A stretch of DNA of 64,000 nt. Origin: an uncultured Candidatus Micrarchaeota archaeon. GTDB taxonomy: Archaea; Micrarchaeota; Micrarchaeia; Anstonellales; Bilamarchaeaceae. The notes under the pieces were generated by a model, which had not been told where the DNA came from, did not search any database, and saw only the letters and a program-made list of their open reading frames with translations. The first letter of the stretch is position 1. Each line of letters starts with the position of its first letter. Of the stretch, positions 29,127 through 38,658 are shown piece after piece. Position numbers and translations under genes: made by a program. The DNA lies in NCBI GenBank assembly GCA_963714085.1, contig OY970229.1, forward strand, positions 100,849 to 164,848. Direction: 5' to 3'.

Positions 29127-30287
29127 ATAATGGCGATCATACGCACTGCCCATTCCACTCCAGGCCCAGCGCAATCCAAGCCGGAAGCCGTCCGCGCACC
29201 GGGGATACTCGAGCCCATCATCGGGCAGAGGAGGCGGGGGCTGGACGAACTCTCCAGCGCGGTGAAGAGCGCCATCGCTTCCCAGCGCGGGGTGGATTCC
29301 ACACTGAGGGAGCAGATAGACTCGCTGTCTCCGGCATGCGTCGCAATGATCCTGCTCGGCACATACCGGCCCAGGGAGACTCATGAGCTTGGCATCAAAG
29401 ACCCGGAAGTCATGGCGTTCGTGGCTCGCTGGAAATGGGGCGGGGAGAGCGTCCAGCTGCCTCTGCCCCGGCTCGATGAGACTTCCGGTGAAGGGGACAT
29501 AGGAAAAGTTTTGGATTTCATCAAGGTCATGGCGGCAAAATCGGCTTTTTTCAACGAGGTCGTGGAAAGGATCGGAAAGCTGACCGCGAGGAACACCGGA
29601 CTCCTGAGGAGGATAGCCGCGGACGCTGGCGAGTTCCTCTCCTGTTTCCTGACAGAGCAGCCCGAAGCCGCTGGCTCGCAGTTCAGTTTCGAGGAGGTGT
29701 CGTTCGTGAACAAGCTGCGGATATCCTCCATACAGCCGGAAGGGGTTTTCGCGGACATCGGCTGCGGCGAGGACGGCCTCATCTGCGTGGACGTATTGGA
29801 CAGGCCGCTCCTGCTCACGGACAAGAACGCGCTGGTGACCGGGATGCTCGCGTCCTATTCGTCGAGACAGGGCAGGGAGGACGTGGACGTCAGGACCGAC
29901 GACATCGTTTCAACGTCGTACGAACCCGGCTCCCTGGGACTGATCAACATGCAGCTCGTGCTGCATTACCTTTCCGAAAGGCGGATAGCGCGTGCGATAG
30001 GCAACCTGGCCCCCGCGCTCGCGTACAACGGGCTGATGCACATAGTGGAACCGGAAGCGGGATGCTGCGGCTTTGACAGCCCTGGGAAGATAAGCGTGAT
30101 AAGGAGGGAGCTCAGAAGGCACGGCCTTTTCGTGGCTGAGGGGCTGATGGAAGAGAGGAACCACCCTTCGTGCCGGTTGGAAAAGCGGTCCATCGTGGAG
30201 ATCGTCGCCGCGAGGAGGGAGGAGGACTTCGGGAGAACCTCGGCCACCAGGGATCCGGACGGGTCCTGGAAGCTTGGCGAAAGTTAA
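29124..30287 (+). CDS. Class-I SAM-dependent methyltransferase B2 (paralogue of B1)
   Basis: FADIGCGEDGLICVDVL and LLLTDKN are present. It is collinear with B1 but strongly diverged. Confidence 0.6.
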   Translation: MIMAIIRTAHSTPGPAQSKPEAVRAPGILEPIIGQRRRGLDELSSAVKSAIASQRGVDSTLREQIDSLSPACVAMILLGTYRPRETHELGIKDPEVMAFVARWKWGGESVQLPLPRLDETSGEGDIGKVLDFIKVMAAKSAFFNEVVERIGKLTARNTGLLRRIAADAGEFLSCFLTEQPEAAGSQFSFEEVSFVNKLRISSIQPEGVFADIGCGEDGLICVDVLDRPLLLTDKNALVTGMLASYSSRQGREDVDVRTDDIVSTSYEPGSLGLINMQLVLHYLSERRIARAIGNLAPALAYNGLMHIVEPEAGCCGFDSPGKISVIRRELRRHGLFVAEGLMEERNHPSCRLEKRSIVEIVAARREEDFGRTSATRDPDGSWKLGES

Positions 30288-30306
30288 AAAAGCATGACGG
30301 GGTTAG

Positions 30307-31236
30307 GTGAGCAGTGGTGAAATGCCCCCTGCCAAAAAAATCTGGATGAACGGTAAGTTTGTGAACTGGAAGGACGCTCATGTCCACGTGCTCACCCACG
30401 CGCTCAACTACGGGACCGCGATATTCGAGGGCATACGATGCTACGACACGCCCGACGGACCGGCCGTGTTCAGGCTGAAAGACCATCTTCATCGGCTGCA
30501 CGACGGCATAAAGTCGTACGAGTTCGAGTTCGACTTATCGATAGATAAGATGTCCGCCAACGTGAAGAAGCTGATACGCATCAACAAGCTCAGGTCCTGC
30601 TACATCAGGCCGATATGCTATGTGTCCAGGGTCGGCATCGGGCTCGACACTAGGGGCTCGTCCTACGGATTCGCGGTCACCGCGATCCCCTTCGGCAAGT
30701 ACTACGGAACCAAGTCCGACAATGGCATCACAGCAATGGTCTCGAGCTGGAGGAGGATAAAGGCCACGATACTCTCCCCGCACGTGAAGGCGAGCGCGAA
30801 CTACATGAACTCCGTGCTCGCGAAAAAAGAGGCCATGGAAGAAGGTTTCGACGAGGCGGTGATGCTCAGCGACGAGGGCCACGTGTCCGAGGGCACGGGC
30901 GAGAACATCTTCGTGGTCAAGGACGGCGCGCTCTACACCCCGCCGCTCTACGACGCGGTCCTGGCCGGCATAACCAGGGACTCGCTGATGAAGGTCGCGA
31001 GGGACATGGGGATAGCGGTCTACGAGCAGTCCATGCTCAGGGACGAGCTTTACACCGCGGACGAGGTCTTCCTGAGCGGCACCGCGGCGGAGATAACCCC
31101 GGTCAACCAGGTGGACCACCGGAGGATATCCAAGGGCCCGGGCCCCATGACGAAAAAGCTCAAGGACACGTTCTTCAATATAGTGAACGGCAAGGACGAG
31201 AGATACATGAACTGGCTGGACTACGTGGGGAAGTAG
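30307..31236 (+). CDS. ilvE: Branched-chain amino acid aminotransferase
   Basis: IWMNGKFVNWKDAHVHVLTHALNYGTAIFEGIR and the class-IV PLP fold core. 309 aa. Confidence 0.85.
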   Translation: MSSGEMPPAKKIWMNGKFVNWKDAHVHVLTHALNYGTAIFEGIRCYDTPDGPAVFRLKDHLHRLHDGIKSYEFEFDLSIDKMSANVKKLIRINKLRSCYIRPICYVSRVGIGLDTRGSSYGFAVTAIPFGKYYGTKSDNGITAMVSSWRRIKATILSPHVKASANYMNSVLAKKEAMEEGFDEAVMLSDEGHVSEGTGENIFVVKDGALYTPPLYDAVLAGITRDSLMKVARDMGIAVYEQSMLRDELYTADEVFLSGTAAEITPVNQVDHRRISKGPGPMTKKLKDTFFNIVNGKDERYMNWLDYVGK

Positions 31237-31265
31237 GCCGGTTCCAAGCCAGAATGATCCGCGAG

Positions 31266-32264
31266 TCAGTCCGGCTGTGTGTTATTCAATGTGACCAGTA
31301 TCGTCCTGACCGCCGTGACGTTGTTGGCGTTGTCATTGATATACAGGGTCACTTCCGAAGGCATCTGTGCGGCCCCCAGGTCGAATAGGGCAGTGCCCTT
31401 GACCTCGGCTTCGGGTTCGATGATTCCGCTCTGGAAAGTGCCGCCGTCGACAGCGTACTGGTTGTTGTTATAGTCCACTATCCTCATGTCGGAATCGAAG
31501 AGGTACGTCGGCTGGCTTCCGCGGTTCGTGACCTGCAGGTCGAGCCGGATGTACCGCTCGGTGGCCGCGGGCTGCACCTCCTGGTAATACCCTGCCCGGA
31601 CGACCGTGAAATCCAGGCCGAGGTTGGTCAGCTCCACATACCTGTTCTGGAGGACCGAGGCGTTCAGGTAGGTGTCCTCGGGCGTCAGCACATAGACCGC
31701 GCAGGCGGAGCCGTTGAGCACGTATCCGCTCGGGCAGCCGCAGGCCCCTGGGTTGTCCGTCAGCGTGCCGTTGTGGCATTGCTCGGGCTTGGTGATGCTG
31801 CACTGGCCGGAGAGCGTGCCGTCGGAGCACCTGAGCAGGCACGTGTCCTCGTAGGCATCAGAATTCGCCGGGCATCCGCACCTGCTGGCCTTCTCCACGA
31901 GATTGAGGTTGAGATCGCAGAACATGGGCTTGTCCGTGGCGCACGCGAGCTGCTTGGTCCCGTCGCTGCACGTACCGCTGGATACGTTGGCTGCCTTCAC
32001 CGGGGGGCATTCGGACGGGTTGTCCACGGTCGAATTGTCCGGGCACACGTATTTAGTCACGCTGGCGTTCTGCGCTGGCGCCTGCGGAGGACAGTTGGCC
32101 AGGTTCGTGACGATCGTCCCGTCCGGGCACGCATACGTCTGCACCGGCGCCTGGGGCTGGACCGTCTGGTTAGCCGGAGCCTGGCTTTGCATCGTGCAGC
32201 CAGAGACGAGGATCCCCATAAGGAGCAATACGCACACCACGAGGTTCGATGTTGTCGGTTTCAT
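31266..32264 (-). CDS. Cys-rich secreted glycoprotein/lipoprotein, hypothetical
   Basis: The signal with LVSGC is lipobox-like. Many CP..C pairs and N-x-T/S sequons. The C-terminal beta domain is unassigned. Confidence 0.5.
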   Translation of the reverse strand: MKPTTSNLVVCVLLLMGILVSGCTMQSQAPANQTVQPQAPVQTYACPDGTIVTNLANCPPQAPAQNASVTKYVCPDNSTVDNPSECPPVKAANVSSGTCSDGTKQLACATDKPMFCDLNLNLVEKASRCGCPANSDAYEDTCLLRCSDGTLSGQCSITKPEQCHNGTLTDNPGACGCPSGYVLNGSACAVYVLTPEDTYLNASVLQNRYVELTNLGLDFTVVRAGYYQEVQPAATERYIRLDLQVTNRGSQPTYLFDSDMRIVDYNNNQYAVDGGTFQSGIIEPEAEVKGTALFDLGAAQMPSEVTLYINDNANNVTAVRTILVTLNNTQPD

Positions 32265-32371
32265 GATACCATAAAGAAGTCAAGCGATTTAAATGTAACG
32301 TACGCCCTTTCCGGGCCCGCAGCACCGCCACTTTTTAAAACCCAACTAACCTAACCCCATAACTTAGCGAT

Positions 32372-32485
32372 GGGGTCATGGGCTAACCTGGTAGACTGAA
32401 GCCTTCGGGTGGAGCTTCTGACTTGCAAAAAAAGTCCGAGCTTCAGTAAAAGGCTTTGATCTGTGTTCAAATCACAGTGACCCCA
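32372..32485 (+). tRNA. Intron-containing tRNA candidate (probable tRNA-Pro, anticodon CGG; about 41-nt intron near the anticodon loop)
   Basis: Acceptor GGGGTCA / TGACCCC has 7 bp complementarity. The T-arm is canonical: CTGTG-TTCAAAT-CACAG. The D-loop AACCTGGTA carries G18G19. The anticodon stem AAGCC/GGCTT brackets TTCGGG plus 41 extra nt. Exact splice sites are unresolved because the bulge-helix-bulge is not canonical under my fold. Confidence 0.45.
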
Positions 32486-32542
32486 ATTCCTATTTCTCTC
32501 CGTCCGCACCCAAAAGCTATTTTAACCAGTTTCAAGCCTAAT

Positions 32543-33766
32543 ATGCGCATGCAGCTCACCCCGAAGATATCGAAACTGAGCCCCGAGCTCATGGAAAGCT
32601 TCATCGAACTGGGCAGGAAGCTCGGCATGGAAGTCACCACCAATACGTCGATCGCGTTCTTCGAGCTGGAGGACATAGAGAACGCGAAGGTCCGCAAGCA
32701 CGCGGAGAAGCTGCTCAAGAAGGCCGAGGAGGAGGTCAACGCGCTCTCGGCCTCGAGGCTGTCCGGGATGCAGGAGGAGCGCGTGCCGGCCATGCGGCAG
32801 GACAAGCTGCGGCGGGTCCTTCCGGGAGTGCGCGAGGAGCCGGCCAGGCCGTCCAGGCAGGCCGAGATCGTGGAGGAGTCGAGGATGCGCCTGCTGCAGG
32901 GGAACAGAAAATTCGTCTCCGAGTCCGGCGCGTTCCGCGCAGCCCCGGAGCCCACGGAATACAACGCCATAGTAATAACATGCAGCGATGCGAGGTGCGA
33001 GATAACCAGGGTCGAGGACTACGGCAGCGGCATGCTGGTGCTCCAGGTCGCTGGGAACGTGGTTTGCGACGAGGTCAAGGACGCGCTCTCGAAACTCGCC
33101 AAGGGGGGCGAGATCATAGTGTGCGGCCATGAGGACTGCGGCGCGTGCAAGGCCAAGAAGGACAAGCCTGCTGCGAGCGACGGGCTGCTCGGCAGCGTGA
33201 GGATAGAGCGCAAGGGCACGGACGACATATTCGGTGCCAACGCGCTCAACCAGGCGGACATCATCGCGGCACTTCCGGAGGTCCGGGCGAAGAACGCCAA
33301 GGTCAGCACCGTCCTTCTGGACAGCAGGAGGCTCTCGCTCCTCTCCGGGGACCCCCACGGTTTCGTGGAGCAGCTGCAGACCAGCTCCATGGCGCTCATG
33401 CGCGAGGACAGGGCGGCCGGCAAGAAGCTCTCGCACCAGAGAGCGCACACGATAGTCATCGCGGACCCGCTGGACCTTGGCAGGTTCACCAATCCGCGCA
33501 GGATATTCGGCGCGGGCAAGAACGAAATCTTCGTAGTGAGCGCGGTGAATGGGAAGTTCAGCCCCGAGGCCATCGGCAGCATAGAATACGCGCTCTCCCA
33601 CGTGGAGGGCCTGAAGGATACGCCGCACATCGTGATACTGCACACGAACAAGGAGATAGCGGACGAGATGGAGAGGGTGCTCAGGAGGAAGCTAGGCACC
33701 AGGTGGCTGGGCATGACCATCATGGTGTACAATCCGAAGAGCGGCGAGGCCAACATAGCGATTTAA
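32543..33766 (+). CDS. Beta-class carbonic anhydrase-like protein with a second degenerate repeat of the fold
   Basis: ITCSDARCE is the CxDxR motif and CGHEDCGACKA is HxxC, the zinc ligands of beta-CA. The start was moved to the MRMQL Met at 32543. ATTTTAAC is TATA-like about 25 nt upstream. Confidence 0.55.
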   Translation: MRMQLTPKISKLSPELMESFIELGRKLGMEVTTNTSIAFFELEDIENAKVRKHAEKLLKKAEEEVNALSASRLSGMQEERVPAMRQDKLRRVLPGVREEPARPSRQAEIVEESRMRLLQGNRKFVSESGAFRAAPEPTEYNAIVITCSDARCEITRVEDYGSGMLVLQVAGNVVCDEVKDALSKLAKGGEIIVCGHEDCGACKAKKDKPAASDGLLGSVRIERKGTDDIFGANALNQADIIAALPEVRAKNAKVSTVLLDSRRLSLLSGDPHGFVEQLQTSSMALMREDRAAGKKLSHQRAHTIVIADPLDLGRFTNPRRIFGAGKNEIFVVSAVNGKFSPEAIGSIEYALSHVEGLKDTPHIVILHTNKEIADEMERVLRRKLGTRWLGMTIMVYNPKSGEANIAI

Positions 33767-33799
33767 ATACAGTTCGCCACGTAATATAACTATATACAA

Positions 33800-34546
33800 G
33801 TGATTCTTATGGTCCCAAACCCGAATAGCGGACGCGCTTACGCGTTCATCAACTGCACGAAGCCCAAGAGCGACGTCGAGTGGATAGCGAACGACATAAG
33901 GGGAATGTTCGCGCAGGAGATACCGCTGCTAGAGCGCATGACCCTGAAAGTGAACCGGGGCCTCACGTTCCTGAGCGCCAGGGGGCGGATGGTCGAGGCG
34001 AAGTCCGAGCTGCTCAAGGTCGTGCGCGATGCCGAGGCCAGGTGCGCGCTGTTCACGAAGAGGGAAGAGGACGAGCTGATAAAACCCGTGCGCGCCTGTG
34101 ACCCTGCGATGGCATTGGTCGAACCCCAGGGCCCCATGGCGATAGACGCGAGGGTCTTCGCAAGCATCCGTCGCCGTGCCGCCTCAGACCTCTACGCGAT
34201 CCGCGCCTCGCTGCCGAACACGCCGAACAAGACCGTGGCCGACGAGCTAGCGGCGATAGTGAACCAGATGTACCAATCCCCGTTATACTCGGAAGGCGAG
34301 AGGTTCTGGGGGATAATAGCGTATCTCGATGAGGGATCGTTCACAGTTCCTATCAAGTCATTGATCGACGGGCCGGTGTCTGAATTCGATTCCCTCCTTC
34401 TCCGCGCCATTAACGCCGGGAAGGGAGCTGCAAACGTGGAGGAGAGGGGCGCATTCGCTGGTAAGGATGGCAGGGAGTACTCGTTCGAAAAACAAGGCGA
34501 CGATCTGATCATCTGCAAGAAGAGGGCGTACGTGCTCCGCGAGTGA
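33800..34546 (+). CDS. Hypothetical protein
   Basis: 248-aa ORF with protein-like composition. The antisense ORFs are Ser-rich. Confidence 0.45.
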   Translation: MILMVPNPNSGRAYAFINCTKPKSDVEWIANDIRGMFAQEIPLLERMTLKVNRGLTFLSARGRMVEAKSELLKVVRDAEARCALFTKREEDELIKPVRACDPAMALVEPQGPMAIDARVFASIRRRAASDLYAIRASLPNTPNKTVADELAAIVNQMYQSPLYSEGERFWGIIAYLDEGSFTVPIKSLIDGPVSEFDSLLLRAINAGKGAANVEERGAFAGKDGREYSFEKQGDDLIICKKRAYVLRE

Positions 34547-34572
34547 AGATTTTTAATCGCCAGCGCTGATTC

Positions 34573-34791
34573 TTGACCATGGACAGGCCAATCCTCGGTC
34601 CCGGGACGCAGATGCGCATGGTCGGCAGGACCAACAGCATCGAAGAAGCCAATTTAATCGCCGAGCGCTACGAGGCCGAGGGCTACGAGACGCAGATAGT
34701 GAAGAAAAAGCAGGCCTCGCTTACGATATACGAGGTCTGGGCCGGGAAGAAGCCGGACGTTTTCACGGGCGCGCCGAATCAGCGTATGTAG
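34573..34791 (+). CDS. Small hypothetical protein (72 aa)
   Basis: Balanced composition. It sits in an intergenic slot between convergent genes. Confidence 0.3.
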   Translation: MTMDRPILGPGTQMRMVGRTNSIEEANLIAERYEAEGYETQIVKKKQASLTIYEVWAGKKPDVFTGAPNQRM

Positions 34792-35126
34792 GGCATCGGC
34801 ATGGGCGCCAGCTGCGGCGCGGATTCCGCCTTGCTCTTCCTCTTGCTGTATTCCTTGCCGAATTCGTCCCATATCTGTTTGCCCAGTTCCCCGCGCACGA
34901 TCTTGGTCACCACCATGCGCCTCTGGGGCGAGTTGGGCGCCAGGGGCGAATAGTCCGCGATGATGTAGTCCTTCTCCCGGATGTCCTTGGCTATCCTCCT
35001 GTCCACTTCGAGGAGGAGCAGGTTCTCGTCCCACATCTTCACCATGGCCTGGACGGACTTGTCCGCGCTGATTATGCCCTTGCCCTTGGGCAGCACTATT
35101 TTCATGACCTTGCCTATATGGAACAT
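34779..35126 (-). CDS. Small hypothetical protein (115 aa), possibly nucleic-acid binding
   Basis: MFHIGKVMKIVLPKGKGIISADKSVQAMVKMWDENLLLLEV... with a Lys-rich C-terminus. The start was chosen at the internal Met. The upstream part of the track ORF is Arg/Pro-rich and unlikely to be coding. Confidence 0.4.
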   Translation of the reverse strand: MFHIGKVMKIVLPKGKGIISADKSVQAMVKMWDENLLLLEVDRRIAKDIREKDYIIADYSPLAPNSPQRRMVVTKIVRGELGKQIWDEFGKEYSKRKSKAESAPQLAPMPMPYIR

Positions 35127-35254
35127 TCTCGCACCTCGTAGAAGAAACGGAGATAGGGTATTTAAACAAATGTCTTGCAGGAAAGAAGCTCCCCTTCTCC
35201 TCCAGCCGAAGCATTCCGCAAGCAATTTAAACCTGAAGAGGGCTAGCCATAGCG

Positions 35255-35908
35255 ATGGACCAGGACAGGATCGTGCTCGACAAGAAGGCGTTCGGCGCCC
35301 TGGCGGTCGACTCAAGGGTGAAGCTGCTCAAGGCGCTCACCTTGCGCAGGAAGATGCTGACGGAACTCGCGGCAGAGCTCAAGCTCTCCGCATCGGCCAC
35401 CAAGGAGCACCTGGACACGCTGGTGGAGGCCGGCCTGATCGAGAAATTCGACGAGGGCCACAAGTGGAAGTACTACGCGCTCACAAGGAAAGGCGCGGGC
35501 ATAGTCACGCCTGACAGGGAGATAAAGGTCTGGGTGATACTCGGCATCTCCATAATCGGGCTCATCCTCTCGTCCTTGCTCATGCTCAACTCGCTGCCCG
35601 CCAGCGCGACGATGCAAGCGCCGCAGGTCGCGACGGCAGCGGTGCCGGCTCCCGCGGCCGTAGAGGCGCCCGGGACCAATGCGCAGGCCGGGCCGAGCCT
35701 TGGGACCACTGCCATAGAGATCACCAACACGAGCGTCGGGGCGGCCGAGGCAGCTGCGAACAACGTGTCCGCGGAGGTCGTCCCAGAGGGCCTCGCGGCG
35801 CCGCTCGAAGGCAATCCGCCGTTTTCGCCCTACATGGCGCTGTCCGCGCTCTGCGCGCTCGTCGCGGCCGTGTGCGTGGTCTACCTCGTCATAGACAGGA
35901 TGCGCTGA
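35255..35908 (+). CDS. ArsR-type winged-helix regulator fused to a membrane-spanning C-terminal region
   Basis: The N-terminal wHTH is RVKLLKALTLRRKMLTELAAELKLSASATKEHLDTLVEAGLIEK. Two hydrophobic segments follow, separated by an Ala/Pro-rich linker. Confidence 0.65.
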   Translation: MDQDRIVLDKKAFGALAVDSRVKLLKALTLRRKMLTELAAELKLSASATKEHLDTLVEAGLIEKFDEGHKWKYYALTRKGAGIVTPDREIKVWVILGISIIGLILSSLLMLNSLPASATMQAPQVATAAVPAPAAVEAPGTNAQAGPSLGTTAIEITNTSVGAAEAAANNVSAEVVPEGLAAPLEGNPPFSPYMALSALCALVAAVCVVYLVIDRMR

Positions 35909-35923
35909 AACGAATATTTTTAT

Positions 35924-36736
35924 ATGTGCGCTGCGTTAGCCCTGATTATGGCGGGCGAAGATCTCTGTTGCATGGGCATATTCCTGGCAGGCATAGTGGT
36001 CTTCGTGATCATCCCCGCGTTCGTGCGGATAATCTACGACTACCAGAAGGGCCTCGTGCTGACATTGGGCAAATTCTCCGGCATGCGCAACAGCGGGGTC
36101 CAGATCATAATCCCGCTGCTCCAGAGCCTGCGCGTCGTGGACCTGCGGATACAGACCATAGACATCCCCAAGCAGGAGGTCCTCTCCAAGGACAACGTGA
36201 GCGCGTTCATAAACGCGGTCGTCTATTTCAAGATAGTGAACCCCGAGGTCGCGGTCTTCAACGTCCAGGACTACCGGGCCGCGGTGTACCAGCACAGCCA
36301 GACCGCGATAAGGGACGTGGTCGGGAGCAGGACGCTGGACCAGCTCCTCATGGACCGCAAGTCCATATCAGACTCCATCTCGACCGCGGTGGACAAGGAC
36401 GCCCAGGGCTGGGGTGTGGACATAACCGGCATCAAGATACAGGACATCGTGCTCCCTGACACCATGAAGCGCGCAATGGCCAGGCAGGCGCAGGCTGAGA
36501 GGGAGAAGCGCGCGTCCATCATAGTGGCCGAGGGAGAGAACATGGCCGCCGAGAAGCTGGCTCTCGCGGCGAAGATACTGAGCGAATCGCCGGGCGCCAT
36601 GCACCTGCGCACGCTGCAGATGGTGTCCAGCATCTCCGCGGACAAGACCAATGTGATGAACTTCGTGCTACCGATAGAAGGGGTGCAGATCCCGGACCGG
36701 CCCGAGCCGAAGGTGGAGGCCAAGCCCAAGAAGTGA
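35924..36736 (+). CDS. SPFH/Band-7 (stomatin/prohibitin-like) membrane protein
   Basis: N-terminal TM helix followed by the Band-7 core KQEVLSKDNVSAFINAVVYFKIVNPEVAVFNV...AQAEREKRA. Confidence 0.8.
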   Translation: MCAALALIMAGEDLCCMGIFLAGIVVFVIIPAFVRIIYDYQKGLVLTLGKFSGMRNSGVQIIIPLLQSLRVVDLRIQTIDIPKQEVLSKDNVSAFINAVVYFKIVNPEVAVFNVQDYRAAVYQHSQTAIRDVVGSRTLDQLLMDRKSISDSISTAVDKDAQGWGVDITGIKIQDIVLPDTMKRAMARQAQAEREKRASIIVAEGENMAAEKLALAAKILSESPGAMHLRTLQMVSSISADKTNVMNFVLPIEGVQIPDRPEPKVEAKPKK

Positions 36737-36740
36737 TGCT

Positions 36741-37442
36741 ATGGTATTCACGATCATAAACCAGTACGAGAAGGGCGTCCGGTTCATGCTGGGCAAGTAC
36801 GACAAGGTGCTCGAGCCGGGATTCGCCTGGAACATCCCGTTCTTCCACAGCGTCCGCACGCTGGACATGCGCGTGAAAACCATTCCCATACAGCCGCAGG
36901 AGGCCATGACCAAGGACAACGTGCCGGTCAAGATCGCCGCCGTGGTCTACTACAAGATAGTGGACCCGCTCAAAGTCGTCATGGCCATCTACGACTACAA
37001 CTTCGCGATCGCGCAGTACGCCCAGACCGCGGTCCGGGACGTCATAGGCAACAACGAGCTGGACTTCGTCCTGGCCGACCGCGACAAGATAGCCGACGAG
37101 ATAGAGAAGCTCGTGGACGTGGAGACCACTGCCTGGGGGGTGGACGTGTCCGCGATAAAGCTCCAGGACATAGAGCTCCCTGAGGACATGAAGCGCGCCA
37201 TGGCCAAGCAGGCCGAAGCGGAAAGGGAGAAGCGCGCGACCATAATCCTGAGCGAGGGGGAGTTCCAGTCCGCGAACAACTACGCCGAGGCGGCGAGGAA
37301 GCTCTCCTCCATACACGGGGCGCTCCACCTGAGGACGCTCCAGACGCTCGCGACCAACGTGTCGTCCGAGGATTCGCCCACGCACCTGTGGCTGCTGCCC
37401 ACCCAGATAATGAAGTTCTTCGAGAGCTGGGGAAGGAAGTAG
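36741..37442 (+). CDS. SPFH/Band-7 family protein (paralogue of the upstream gene)
   Basis: PQEAMTKDNVPVKIAAVVYYKIVDPLKVVMAI...AEAEREKRA. It starts 5 nt after the upstream stop. Confidence 0.8.
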   Translation: MVFTIINQYEKGVRFMLGKYDKVLEPGFAWNIPFFHSVRTLDMRVKTIPIQPQEAMTKDNVPVKIAAVVYYKIVDPLKVVMAIYDYNFAIAQYAQTAVRDVIGNNELDFVLADRDKIADEIEKLVDVETTAWGVDVSAIKLQDIELPEDMKRAMAKQAEAEREKRATIILSEGEFQSANNYAEAARKLSSIHGALHLRTLQTLATNVSSEDSPTHLWLLPTQIMKFFESWGRK

Positions 37443-37544
37443 GTTCCTGGTTCTTCCAATTTTTTCTTCTATCCAGTCCGTTCCAATCCGGATATTGTCG
37501 CTATTTACGGTAAAAAGGTAAGGTTTAAATAGATGGAATGAGTA

Positions 37545-37973
37545 ATGAATCCGGTAATGCTCATGGCAAAAAAGACTTTAGAATACCAAAACCAGAGGAC
37601 CCGGAGGGACGGCGCGACCGTGCATTCAAGCCTGACCGGGCGGTTTTTCAAGACTGCAGACGTCCGGGTCGACTACCCCCGGAACCTTTCGGTCCATGCG
37701 GTATTGACGAAAAGCCCTCTTCACCGCGAAATGATCGCGGCCGTCGCCACGGTATCGGGCAAATCCGCGGCCAATGGAACTGCTGTGGTGGGCGAGATAC
37801 AAAAAACCAAGTGGCCGCGTTCACCAGACGGCTATCATGCTCTAGCGTATGAGATCGCCATCCCCGATATAGCCGGTAAAAAAATCAACGGCCAGGCGGT
37901 GAGACGGGCGATAATGACGGCGGTCAGCGAATTGATAGAAGCGTATCTGGAATTCGAAACGCACGCTGAATGA
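37545..37973 (+). CDS. Hypothetical protein (142 aa)
   Basis: ORF with protein-like composition. No motif recognised. Confidence 0.35.
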   Translation: MNPVMLMAKKTLEYQNQRTRRDGATVHSSLTGRFFKTADVRVDYPRNLSVHAVLTKSPLHREMIAAVATVSGKSAANGTAVVGEIQKTKWPRSPDGYHALAYEIAIPDIAGKKINGQAVRRAIMTAVSELIEAYLEFETHAE

Positions 37974-38010
37974 ATCATTCAGAAAACCCCATTCTTTCAT
38001 CGGGATTAAA

Positions 38011-38652
38011 TTGTTTTTGCATCATCATACCTACATGGATCAAGTGCGGGTCCGGCTCGTCTATCCGGGTTTCCTCTCAGAGAGGTACGTGAGGGCCGCC
38101 CAGGAGGGGCTCCGGTCATTCGAGAAATTCGGCGCCCTGGTGGAAAACAGGTGCGCGATGGATGGGGCCGCGTTCAGGGGGCTCAGATACCCGGGCCTGG
38201 TGCGCAGGATAGCACTGGCGGAGCACGACATACATTTCAGCCGCCTGAAGAGGCCGCATGACCATCCCTGGAACGCCTTCGGTATCGCGATCACGCCCCA
38301 TTTCCTGTTACTGTCAGACGACACCATGGACAGGTTCTCCGGATTCGCAGGATACCAGACGCTGGGGGTCGTTTCGCTCGCAGTGCCGCTGCGGCTCGAG
38401 GAGCCGGGCCCTGCCATCACCGCCATGGTCAAGTGCCAGGCGGGCAGGCTGCTGATCCCGTTGCCGGACGAAAAAGAACCTCCTGGGCCCGACAACAAAC
38501 CTGCGGGCTGCCATGATGATTGCCTGATGCAGCCAATCGGCGGTTTTTTCGATTTCGTAGACCGGGTCGTGGCCCGCGACCTGGATTTCTGCGAAGCGTG
38601 CAAAGGCGCCATAAGCAGGACGATAGTGCGGCTGAGCCATGGCATGAACTGA
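38011..38652 (+). CDS. Hypothetical protein, possibly an inactive archaemetzincin-like fold (C-terminal Cys cluster GCHDDCLMQ...FCEACK, but no HExxH)
   Basis: The C-terminal C..C......C..C spacing resembles the archaemetzincin zinc-ribbon. The catalytic HExxH is absent. Confidence 0.3.
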   Translation: MFLHHHTYMDQVRVRLVYPGFLSERYVRAAQEGLRSFEKFGALVENRCAMDGAAFRGLRYPGLVRRIALAEHDIHFSRLKRPHDHPWNAFGIAITPHFLLLSDDTMDRFSGFAGYQTLGVVSLAVPLRLEEPGPAITAMVKCQAGRLLIPLPDEKEPPGPDNKPAGCHDDCLMQPIGGFFDFVDRVVARDLDFCEACKGAISRTIVRLSHGMN

Positions 38653-38658
38653 TTTCCG

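Noticed and set aside
32456-32542. Upstream start (MICVQITV...) of the beta-CA-like ORF
   Set aside because: It would overlap the putative tRNA 3' end. A TATA-like element about 25 nt before the MRMQL Met supports the shorter gene.
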